A stretch of DNA of 64,000 bases from Lytechinus pictus (taxonomy: Eukaryota), in assembly GCF_037042905.1 (NCBI RefSeq), contig NC_087249.1, forward strand, positions 3,410,001 through 3,474,000, read 5' to 3'. Every line of letters starts with the position of its first letter. Position 1 is the stretch's first letter. Below the pieces are notes generated by a model. It searched no databases. It was not told the origin of the DNA and was given only the letters and a program-made list of their open reading frames with translations. The translations under genes and the position numbers were made by a program. This document shows, piece by piece, positions 26,101 through 38,100 of the stretch.

Positions 26101-29100
26101 GAACAAAAAGAAAGAAGAAGCTGGCTATTTTGAAGAAAACAATAAATAAAAAGAAGAAAATTATGAATTTTACACTAAATTGGAAAGTTTTGAATTTTAA
26201 AAGTGATCACATGAAATGATGTCATTCCAACGTGGAAGCTAAACATTGGTCTGAATTCTTTCAGTCATTCTTTGGGGGTGTTTGCTAATTTTTTTTTGCC
26301 AATTGCAATCAAATGCAAATTTCTGTTGCAATTTTACCAACAGACCCGATTCTGTGCCGCCTGAAGGAGTTTGTAAGAACCCTTGCGTTTTTAGTTGCTT
26401 CGCTTCAATATACGGCTGGTACCAAGCCTAACTTGTTTGCTTGACAGCCAATCACGGCTCGCCATGTAGTGTCCATTGTCTGTTTACGGTTCTATTATAT
26501 ATTGTTTTGCTCTAGCGTTTAAGTCATTCATGCGATTTTACTCCGATGAGTTCATGTCGAAAAGCTTCAGTATGTCAATTTTTAAGGCTATTTTACGATT
26601 TTGCAGTACCAAACACTTGTTTAATTTCGTAATTGCATGATTAATAGTATAAGTAGCAAGTAAGTTTTCACTTCTCATTGCAAATTGCAAATCAGTTATT
26701 TAGTGAAAATTTTCAATTAATTGCAGAACATGTGATTTATCTGTTTCTCACAATACCCCATATGTCAGCTTTTGTCATATTTCTGCTTTCATACCAATTG
26801 ATTTACTGCAAGATTGGATCTTTTTGTTAGAGCATGTTTGGCAAACGTGAGGAAACAGGCCTATAGGTTATAAGATTTGCTTGGAAAAAAAGTTTTCATT
26901 TATTGGTTTAATCTTTAAATGAAAAGATGGTATAGGTCAATATCAGTGAAGATATTTTTGGTGAATGTGTGTGCATGACAATTTTTGGAGAATAAATAAA
27001 TGAAAATGATAGGTTTCCTTCTTTGTTGAATAAGAAAGCCATATTGTGGTTAAAAAAATATTTATTTGTATAAAAACATTCTCTTTGCATGACTGTGAAT
27101 TGCACATTATGATCATACACACATTTTAAGCTTTGAATGCAATGAATAAAAAGGAAATACAGAATAGCTTTATTTGGTTTTCTCTTAGTGCAATGAAAGA
27201 TTGGATTAATCACAACATTCTTTTATTTGCATTGAATTTCTGTATTGCCATTCTTTGAAATCATAATGCCAATAGACATTGCCTTAAAACATACCAAGTG
27301 TACAATATGATTCCTTTGATGAATGCCACATTTTAAACAATTACAAGTCAAGTACAAGTATGTGTTAAGATGTTGATCCTTTAGCTTTACATTGTGATTA
27401 TACCTAATGGACAGATTATTTTTTAAAAGTGCTTTCTACCATTTTCTGCATAATGGAATGAACAGATATTTTTTGAGAATCCTGGTTTATATGAATGTTA
27501 TTGATATTGCTTGCATGTTGATATTCAGTTGGTATTCTTTACAGTTCATGGAGCTTATTTTGTTTGGAATGGCTGTTTTTTCTTTTGTATTATTGATATG
27601 ATTTTATTTGTCATAATTTGTAGAGGTTGATGCATGTTGAAAAATGTTTGATTTTACTTTTGAATTTGAAGATATTAGTGGTTGACATTGGTTTCAACTA
27701 TCTTTCTTTTACCTGTGTTCCTTTCAAGATGGCTACAGCCATCTTGTAACATGTAGTGTGATGACAACTTGTACAAGGGATGATTTCATGATAGTGGGTC
27801 ATGATCTGACAGTTACCATAGTAACAGTCATGTACCTCTGTTTTTCACCCTCCAAAATCTAGGGCAGTGGTCAGACCTGAGCTTGTTGGGTGTCACATGC
27901 TTATAAAACACCACCGAGGAAACTTTTACATCAACCCATAGTGAAATGTTTTGAAGGAAAAGAATGAATTTTAGAAGTATCAATTAGCAGGGAAATTGTG
28001 AAATAAAGTTGAAAGTGTTGAAGGCATTCACAATAATGACAGATAAAACAAATAGTTAAGTATATGAGATTAAACGAAGAATATCATAGGAAAAGTGAGA
28101 AAAACGATACCTTGAATGATTTCAGAAAATCATAAAATAACTCTCTCCATTTCCTTTTGTCTTCTTTCTTTTTCTGCTATTTCTGTCTGTCTTTCTTTGT
28201 ATACAGTGGATACACAGAGGATGATGAAAGCAATCATTGTTTACAGCATGCAAACATTTGCCCTCTCTATTGTGAAACATGTGATGACTGGGGAGACTGC
28301 ACTGGTAAGTAATATCTGCTATTTGAGGGGGCTTTCATGTAGCAAATTTGCTCCGAGCCAATCAGATGCAATGATTTTAGAAGCCTATAACATATGGTCT
28401 ATGAAAATCACTGATTATTTGCTTTAGATATTTGTGTAAATAGTATGAACTTGAAGACTTGACTTAATATTATTTGCATGTTACATGTACCTTGACAAGG
28501 TTTCTGTGACTGTGGATTACTAGACACCACTCTTGAAGAAAGAAGTGTAGATAGCAGATGGGTCACTTTAAAGAAATAATGATATATGTAAGCTATAGAG
28601 GGAAGAGGAGATGAAAAACAACAACATCATCAGAAGGAAAGAGGAGGCGGTGAAGAATAAGAAACAGGAGGAGATGAAGTAGATAATGAGGAGATGGTGA
28701 AAGGGATGAGGTGAAGAAGGAAAAGAGGAAGGGGAGGGAAGAGAAGTAGGAATAACAAGGAAGGTAAAGAAGGATTTAGGAGGAACATAAGGAGTGGAAC
28801 AGGGAAAGGTAGGAAGATATGTGAGTATTGAGCAGCAAAAGTAACAGCAGTAGCAAGAGGAACTTTATATAATAGTACATGTAGGAGTGTAGTCATATAG
28901 TCATAGTATTAGCAGAAGTCTCATTGTTTCATGTCCTATGCATTTCTTATTCGATCATAGTCTGTCAAGATGAGTACATTGTGTACTTTGGGGAGTGTGT
29001 TAAAGAATCGGACATGGCCTGCCCTATAAACCAATTCATTCTAAGCTTCAACGCTGAAGGGACAGCAACATGTGCACCATGTGACTCTACCTGTGGTACC

Positions 29101-32100
29101 TGTTTGGGGCCGGATCCCACTGACTGCGTTACATGTGTTAGTGACAACTACCACTTTCAGGGAAGCCGCTGTGTGCAGGACTGTGAGCCCGGCAAATTCA
29201 AAGACAAGATCTTGAAAGAGTGTTACGGTTAGAAAATCAGGCATATTTATTGATGTACAGTATGTGAGGTTAAAAGAGGAATATAAAAATGCAAGTGCAG
29301 ACTCTGGCTCGAATTCACAAAGATAGTTTTGAACTTGTCTGAAAACATGGCTTATGCAAGTAATTCATGCTTTAAATATGCCTTATCTTATGCATGAATA
29401 TAGAAAGTATCAAATCATTTTGCACATTTTATTCATAGTGAGATATTTTCATGCTTGTTACTGAGGATAAAGCAAGAGTCTGCAATTTATTTAAATTCAA
29501 TTTTTTTCCCATCAACAATGGGCTCATTAAAGGGGAATCCAACCCTAATAAAAACTTGATTTAGAGGAAAAAGAAAAATCAGACATGTTGATAGGTGAAA
29601 GTTTGAACAATATCGGACAAACAATAGTAAAATTATGAATTCTTAAAAGTTGGAAATATTGGTAATCACTATACACATGGAGACTTCAAATTGGCCGCAG
29701 ATGTGATGTCATAGTGATGTACATGTACATGTAAGGCAAGGACTACTCTTTCATGTACTCCAATACATAAAATTTCTAAAAATATTCATTTTTTTCAAAA
29801 AGTTTTACTTCAAAAAGTATTTTTCTTTCATGAGGCAATAAAACAAAATACTACAAGTACCTGAGTTATATTTTGATTACTGCCTCCGGGAATGGGTACT
29901 CTAGAGAAGACCACAAATCCCAAAAAATTAAGCATTATGGCCTATGGGGAAGTTGTTCTTGCCCCTTGTCCTAATTTTCTTATCCAGTTGCCAATTTGAA
30001 ATCTAAAAAGTCTTGGTGATATCAATTTTAAAGCAGCCCTAACTTTCTTATTATTTGTCTGATTTCTTTCAAACTTTCACCATATTGTTTTATTCATTTT
30101 TCTCCTTTCCAACATTATTATTATTATTATTATTAACACAACATTTTATGACCAAGGCTGGATTACCCTTAAGTTCCAAATGTTGGATTTGTTCATGCTG
30201 TAACCTAGTGTTTGGGAAATCTGTGTACTTGTACTTATTAGATATTTAAACATGCAAATGGTAATGATATGCAATATTTATATATCCCTTAATACAAAGT
30301 TTCTAAGAGCTGCATATTATTGCCCCATGTATCTTTAGCATGGGTACACTGATTGGGTATTTAAAGGAGTTTCTTCCTACCGGGTACCCATGCTACACCT
30401 GACTAGAGAGTGCTGCAGAGGGATTCAAGTCCTGAACCTTGTATTAGCCACATGCATCTCCTCCTCTGCAGGGGAATGACTTCATCGAAATAAAATTGGG
30501 CAACTCATTGGAGACTAAGGCAGCATTTATGCTGGTTGGAGTCTATTGCAAACATGTGGTATAATCAAATCATTCAGTCACCAACAGGTTAATATTCTTT
30601 CTCCTCCTACCCTTCTGCAGATTGTCATCCAACCTGTCTTACCTGTGATGCTGGTTCCTCATTGGATTGTACATCCTGCATTGACGGCATGGAGCTATCA
30701 CAGACTAAGAGCCATGGAATGTGTCAATTTGGCTGTCGACAAGGAACCTACCTATCTGACAACGACTGCAGCCCTTGTGAGGATCCCAATTGTTTTACCT
30801 GCTATAAAGAACAGGATACCAACCAAAATAAATGCCTTACCTGTGACCTTGGATATTTTCTGACAGGTAATTGTATGCCTTTTATCAACCTTCAAAACAA
30901 CTTCTTGATAAAAAAGTGTGCTATATGTTAACATTGCTCTCATAAGAAGTGACTTGGTATATCCTCCATCTTGCTCTCTTCTGGTTTTTCTTTGTCTCTG
31001 GTTCTAATCTCTTGTTTAATCCCTCCTTCCTTCTCTCTCTCACTTTGATGTGTATGAATTCCAAACAGCCGTATCAACAAGACATGTTGAAGTAGTAGAA
31101 CATTTCAATTGTCCATTTAACTTTATGTTCATTTTTGCTTTAAATCTTAGTTCATTTTATAGTATTGATTACCTTTCATTGTTTTCAAAGGAGCCTCACT
31201 CATAAGTTCATAACATTTTGCTGAAAGTCAAGTGTTAATACATAAAGCTGTATAATTGAAGAAAACATGATTGTCTCTATATATTTTGTAATACTGAATT
31301 CAATATATTTTTTTCACGTAATTTCCAAAAACTGCACAATGTGCACCTGAGAAATTTACTATAAATAGCAAACAAAATTTTCACCATGTCAAAATAATCC
31401 CCAAACGACAGATGTTTGTTTTAAAATTAACATTCAAACTTACAAACGAAAACCATGTTGCCACTATTCATTATTAATTTCTTCACTATATACCATTTGA
31501 AAATTGATATAAGGAACAGGAATGTAATTGATTTACTTTACAATATAGGAACTGGAAATTGTTTGAAAAACTGCCCTGAACATACCTATGAGTATATACT
31601 TGAAGATGCAATAGAAGGCAATGAATGCCGTTCATGTCATGAGGGTTGTGATAGCTGTAATGGACCGGGGCCAAACTCCTGTACCAGCTGTTTTGATGAA
31701 ATGGTCCTTGCCAGAGGAGAATGCATGTGGGACTGTCAAGAAGGGTATGTATCTTTGAAATTACCATCTCAAGACCTCATATACCTCATATGATTCATGC
31801 ATTCTTATTCAGTATGCCATATTCTGATATGAAGTGTTATAATGTAGGCTTCGCTTATGTCTACTTTTCTAGACTTCGCCTCAGGTGTTGTAAACATGTC
31901 TGTCTGGAATGATATCAAGAACTTATTTAGTCATAAATTCACCATGTTAACATAAATAGATTTTCTAAATTGTTCACTATAATCTGTAACAGGATGTTAT
32001 CAATTGTGAAATATATTCTACTTACAGATTTTATCAACTGTTCCCCATCACCATCATCATTATTGTCATCTTCGTCATCACTGCGTACATTATTATAATC

Positions 32101-35100
32101 ACCATTGTCATCATAACATTTTCCATTTATCATTTCATAATTTTTGTTTAATATTTTTTCTCTAGATATTATCCAGATGAGCAGAACCAATGTCAGAGGT
32201 GTAACGAGACCTGCCAGACGTGTCTTGGAGGAGAGGACACAGACTGCATGTCTTGTCGTATTGACAAGGTCCTCCTAGACAACACCTGCGTGGATCAATG
32301 CGGTGATGGTTACTTCTTATTGATGGAAGACATCCCAATTTGTCAGGATTGTGATGATTTGTGCTTGAATTGTAATGGTGAGCAGATGACTGTTTTAAGA
32401 TCTTATTGTATGAAACTTGCCATCGATGGTTACTTTGCAATCAGTGATACTATGGTGATATCACTCAACAGGCTGTTGAAATTGGGATTTCCATGGAAGT
32501 TACTACTAAATATCAAGATTTATTATACTTTTTTTTTATTTATAATGGATCCTGATTTATCGTTGTAAGATTAAGAGTTCAAAGTTAAATGTATGTCATG
32601 TTGGACTTTCCTGAAATGATTTGTTTCTGCTCTGTAGTTCATAGGAAAGGTCATAATGCTCTCACATCATGTAGACTCATTAATCCAGATATGTAAATAT
32701 CTTTTATAAGGTAATGCAAAATGAGAAAAAAAATCAGCTGATTACTAATTTTATCATAAACACAATTGACCCAATGGTCCAACAGTCCATGGGTGTTTTC
32801 ACAAAGAGATGAATCTGACTCAAAGTCTGATTTTACAGTCATGCTTAAATGCCTATACACATACTTTGAGGGTAATCTGACCAATGCAATGATGTCCTCA
32901 TGCAACTGAGAATTTACATATCATTTTTGTTTTGTCAGACATGACTCAGACTAAGACTCATATTTAAAAAAAAAATTCCATTCCCTTTGGTAATTATCTT
33001 GAATGCGAGTAGAAATTGTTGGAATGAAATAATTTAAGTGATAGAACAGACATATTTTCTTATCAATAAGCAATAAAAAGAAAGGTAAGATACAAAACAG
33101 GCACACAAAACAATAATAATGTTGGTAACAGAAATCTGATAATATTAAATTGTATATGCAATATATGATGATTATGAACATAATTTCTTTGGTTTTTTTT
33201 TTAGATTATGGGCCATTTGACTGCACTGCATGTCATCCTAATTATGAATTGGATAATGGAGTCTGTTACAATAGATGCGGCAGTGGAAGATACTATAACA
33301 AAGAATCAGAGGTAAAAACAAAAATCCCAAGTATATTGACTTCAAGTTGTGATCTGTGTGCTTTCAAGTAAATCAATGCTAACTGATTGTCCATTATTGG
33401 TTTTCTGATATAATCTCATTCTTACACTTGGCAATGTGGAATCATGTTTGGTTCATTAATTTGATGTGTGGATTGGATTTAATTCCTTGACAAAAACTTT
33501 TGTAATTCACATTTTAGTGTTAGGGAATACAAACATGCACAGGAGTGTTACATGTAGCTCCATGCTCACTTTACAATTGCACTGTACCTCATATTGTAGC
33601 TTGGAATGTGAACTTGCTATCTGAAGAGGTGACTCCAATTTTTCTATCTGCAATTCCATTTTTCCACTTTGGGGACATGTGTTTAGCATTAGGTCATGAC
33701 AGGATATGGTTCCAACTAAGTATGGTTAAAATGATGGTAATGGTTAAGTTTGAAGTACATGTAAAGCCTTATGTTTTGGTGAAGTGTTAAACATGTCACA
33801 GAAATTGAGCTTTGTAGACTTCACTTTATCATGTGGTGCCAATCAATGAAAGATGTGCATAGTTTCAATTGGAGCAGTTTTTTTTCAGGTGATTGCTATG
33901 GAATTATCAAGAGAAGAAATAAATTCTTGAACACATTGCAATTCATTCTATATTCTTGCATCTGCAGAAAATGGACAAGAAAAAGGAGGAAACTTGGTAT
34001 CATATATCAAGATATTGTGTTCACATAAAATTGTAAACCAATTTAATTTTCTTTTTAAAGTTCACAAAATAGGACTCTGAAGATTAACTACACAGAACAA
34101 CACAATATTATAGCTCGGAAAAGACCCATCACCCATTGAAATTCAATGCATATAGTCTGTATATATCTCAGCAATAATGTATTTTGCTCCATAATCATCT
34201 TGCACATTATTATCATTAGCATTCTTTGTTTGTTATTTCGTTGAATTACTGATATGTACAAATTAATTTTGAGATTGTTACAAACAGCTATGTCAGCTAT
34301 TCTACAACATCCCATAATCATTGTTTGTTACCTCTTTGTCCCATTCACAGACGTGTGGTGTTTGCGATGACAAATGCGGGGAATGCTTTGGACCTTCACC
34401 AGACCAGTGCATCTCTTGCAAGGGGCATTTACGTCTAGAGAAAAATGGTCGTAATAACTCACAGTGTATTCCATGCTGTTCAGCTGCTGAGGAAGGGGAA
34501 GAGTGCTGCAAGAAATGCACTGAGGACTCACGTAAGACAAAATTATTCAGTCTCGTGTATCTTTATCGGTTGAAAGCTAGTAGCATATGTTGAAAGTGCT
34601 GGAAACCTTTGTTCTCAGGATACAAAGTCTTTTTTTTTCATTGGGATACATCGTGTTGTTACATTAAGATATATTTATGCGATAAATACGATTAGATATG
34701 TAAACAAACATTAAGAATTTATATAGAATGATATAGTGCAAATTAAGAACTACAGACCCTGATCAATTGAAAAATATATATATTTTTGAAGCCATCTCTT
34801 TCAATGTGCCTCCGAGCAGCAAGAAGATGTCTATCAATCAAATTCTCAAATGAGAATAAAACTGTGTGGAAATATCAATCTTAATGAATAGAAAGGTAGA
34901 AGGCAAGAAATTTCAATAGAAATTAACATATAATCTGTTACAAAATGGGAAAGTGTGATTAGTTATAATTTACTTTCTATTGTTATACATATATGGGCAG
35001 TGTTGCTTTAGTAGTACAATTCTTCATATATTTTCTGCACAAATTTTTTATATTTTTATCCATTATGTTTTAAATGCTGTGTCGTTTGTAAACTATAGAA

Positions 35101-38100
35101 TATACACACATTTTCCCCATGATATATCATGAGTTGATGCAGACAAGCTGCTAGAACGATGTGTATCATGATGATCATCGACATCATCATCATAAAAAAT
35201 CATTATCGCCATCATCATCAATATCATCATCACCATTCTCACCACCACCATCATCACTATTATCATCATCACCGTTTTCATCATCATCATCATAATTATC
35301 ATTATTATTGTTACCACCACCATCATCATAATGTAATGTCCTCATGATCACCACCATCATCACTATCATCATCATAATCACCATCATCATCACCATTATC
35401 ACCATCTCTGTCTTTATTGAAATTGTTAACATCATAGTCATCACCATGAGCAACATCATCATTACCATCATCATCATAACTATCACCATTATCATCATCA
35501 CCATTATCATCATCACCTTCATCATCATCATCTTCATCACCGCCATAAACGTATTGTCATCATAATCACCACTACCATCATCATCACCTTCATCAGTATC
35601 ATTACCACCACCATAAACATTTGTCATCATGATCATCACCAATATCTTCATCATCGTCATCTTCATCATTATCATTACCACCACCATAAAAGTATTGTCA
35701 TCATGATCACCTCCATTATCATCATCAATGATCATCATCAAAATCACCATCATCATAATCACCATGAGCAACATCACCATCATCTTCATCTTTATAATTT
35801 TCACCATAGCCATCATCGTCATCTTCATCACTCTACCTTGTATGGAAGTGGTTATATTGTTTTGTTTACATCAATCTTTTTCACGTCCGCTTGCATCCCC
35901 ACAGGCAAGTGCCCCAAACCCTATGTGGAAAAGCCACAAGTCGTCGCAAGTGTGAAGGTGCAGCACATCGGTACCATCGTCTTCTCCGTCATGTTGGTTA
36001 TTGTCCTGTTCTTCCTGGTGTTCGGTCTCCTACAGGCACGGTCACACGGCAAGCTCTGCTGGAGACATAAGTATGCTAAGGTACCCTCCATGAACTTCAG
36101 CAACAAGGATAAGTATGTTACGCTCGGCAAACCTGATGATGACTACTATGAGGATGAAGAAGACATATATGGAGATGTAAGTAACCGTGACAACAAGGAA
36201 AGAGGGGGGGGGGTAGTGAAAACCAAGCTAAGCACATGGAATACTTGTTAAGGGGGGTGCATTGCGGAAAGAGTTGGGTTTAAATGTGACTAAAAAAATC
36301 AAGTACAAGTCCCTAATATGTGCGTTTCACTGGTTGAAAATCAAATTGTGTTTTATTTTAGTTGATTTTGATCACATCTCTTTCTGCAACAGGCCCCTGG
36401 CAATACTAGAGAAAAGAAGGAGAGATATAGAATGGCATTTGAAGTAGGAAATCTTTCGTTATGTTTTTCTTTTTATTTTATTTGATCATGTTCATGTTTT
36501 AACCAGTTGTCAACTGATATTGTCCAAACAGTTTTTGTCTCACCTGCATAGCAGAGTAAGACTATAGGCGCCGCTTTTCCGACGGCGGCGGCGTCAACAC
36601 CAAATCTTAACCGAAGGTTAAAGGTCAAGTCCACCCCAGAAAATTGTTGATTTGAATCGATAGAGAAAAATCAAACAAACATAACGCTGCAAAGTTCATC
36701 GAAATCGGATGTAAAATAAGAAAGTTTTAAAGTTTCGCTTATTTTTCACAAAACAGTTAAATGCGCAACTCAGTGATATGCAAATGAGAGAGTCGATGAT
36801 GTCCATCACTCACTATTTCTTTTGTTTTTTATTGTTTGAATTATACAATATTTCATTTTTTACAGATTTGACAATAATGACCAACTTGACTGAACCATAT
36901 ATTATCGAACAATGCTAATTCCACATGTTCAAGAGGAATTGATTGTTGTCTCACTTGACATCGAGAAGAAAATCAGAATATTTCACATTTCATATAATAA
37001 AATACAAAAGAAATAGTGAGTGGATGTGCAAATAACTGTTTTGTAAAATAAAGCGAAACTTTGAAATGTCATAACTTTCTTGTTTTACATCCGATTTTGA
37101 TGAAATTTTCAGCGTTATGCTTGTTAGATTTTTCTCTTTTTATTCAAATCAACTTTTTGTTGGACTGGACTTGTCCTTTAAGTTTTTGAAATGACAGCAT
37201 AACTTAAAAAGTATATGGACCTAGTTCATGAAACTTGGCCATAAGGTTGATCAAGTATTACTGAACATCCTGCCTGAGTTTCAGGTCACATGACCAAGGT
37301 CATTTAGGGTCAATGAACTCAGACCATGTTGGGGGAATCAACATCAAAATCTTAACCTAAGGTTAAGTTTTTGAAATGTCATAACTTAGAAAGTATATGG
37401 ACCTAATTCATGAAACTTTGACATAAGGTTAAAGGTATTGTTTAACTTTGTGAGCAGCCGATTAAAAAAAATCCTCAAACCAAGATGAAACATGTGTACA
37501 AGTGCATGTATTAGAACTAATAAACCCTGAAAACAACCATTATTGAAAATGAAAAGCTAAAACTATAAGGCAAACCCCGATTTTGTAAATAGGCGTCTTA
37601 TAGACGCCTAAATAGTACACATAAGTGTATGGGATGAAATTAAGATGGTCTTTCCGGTCACTTTATATTTCAATTTTTGAAGCACTAAATAATTATTTTA
37701 GAACGCAATTTTTTCTGGGTTTCATTTTTGTAACATATATCACAGACACAGGTGACAAGTGTGACCTTCTAGCTCAGATTTTTAAAAAGTCAAACCAATG
37801 TTAACCAATCACTTTAATCAAGTATTACTGAACATCCTGCTTGAGTTTCATGTCACATGACCAATATCAAAGGTCATTTAGGGTCAATGAACTTCGGCCA
37901 AATTTGGGGTGTTTGTTGAATTACCATTATAACTTTGAAATTTTATTGGTCTATTTCATAAAACTTGGATAGAAGAGTAATCAAGTATCACTGAACATCC
38001 TGTGCGCATTTCAGGTCACATGACCAAGGTCAATGAAATTTGGCCATAATGGGAGTATCTGTTGAATTACCATCATAACTTCGAAAGTTTATGGATCTGA

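Noticed and set aside
35093-35955. His-, Ile- or Met-rich ORFs on both strands
   Set aside because: Translations of the (CAT)n microsatellite; only the part from 35905 is a real exon.
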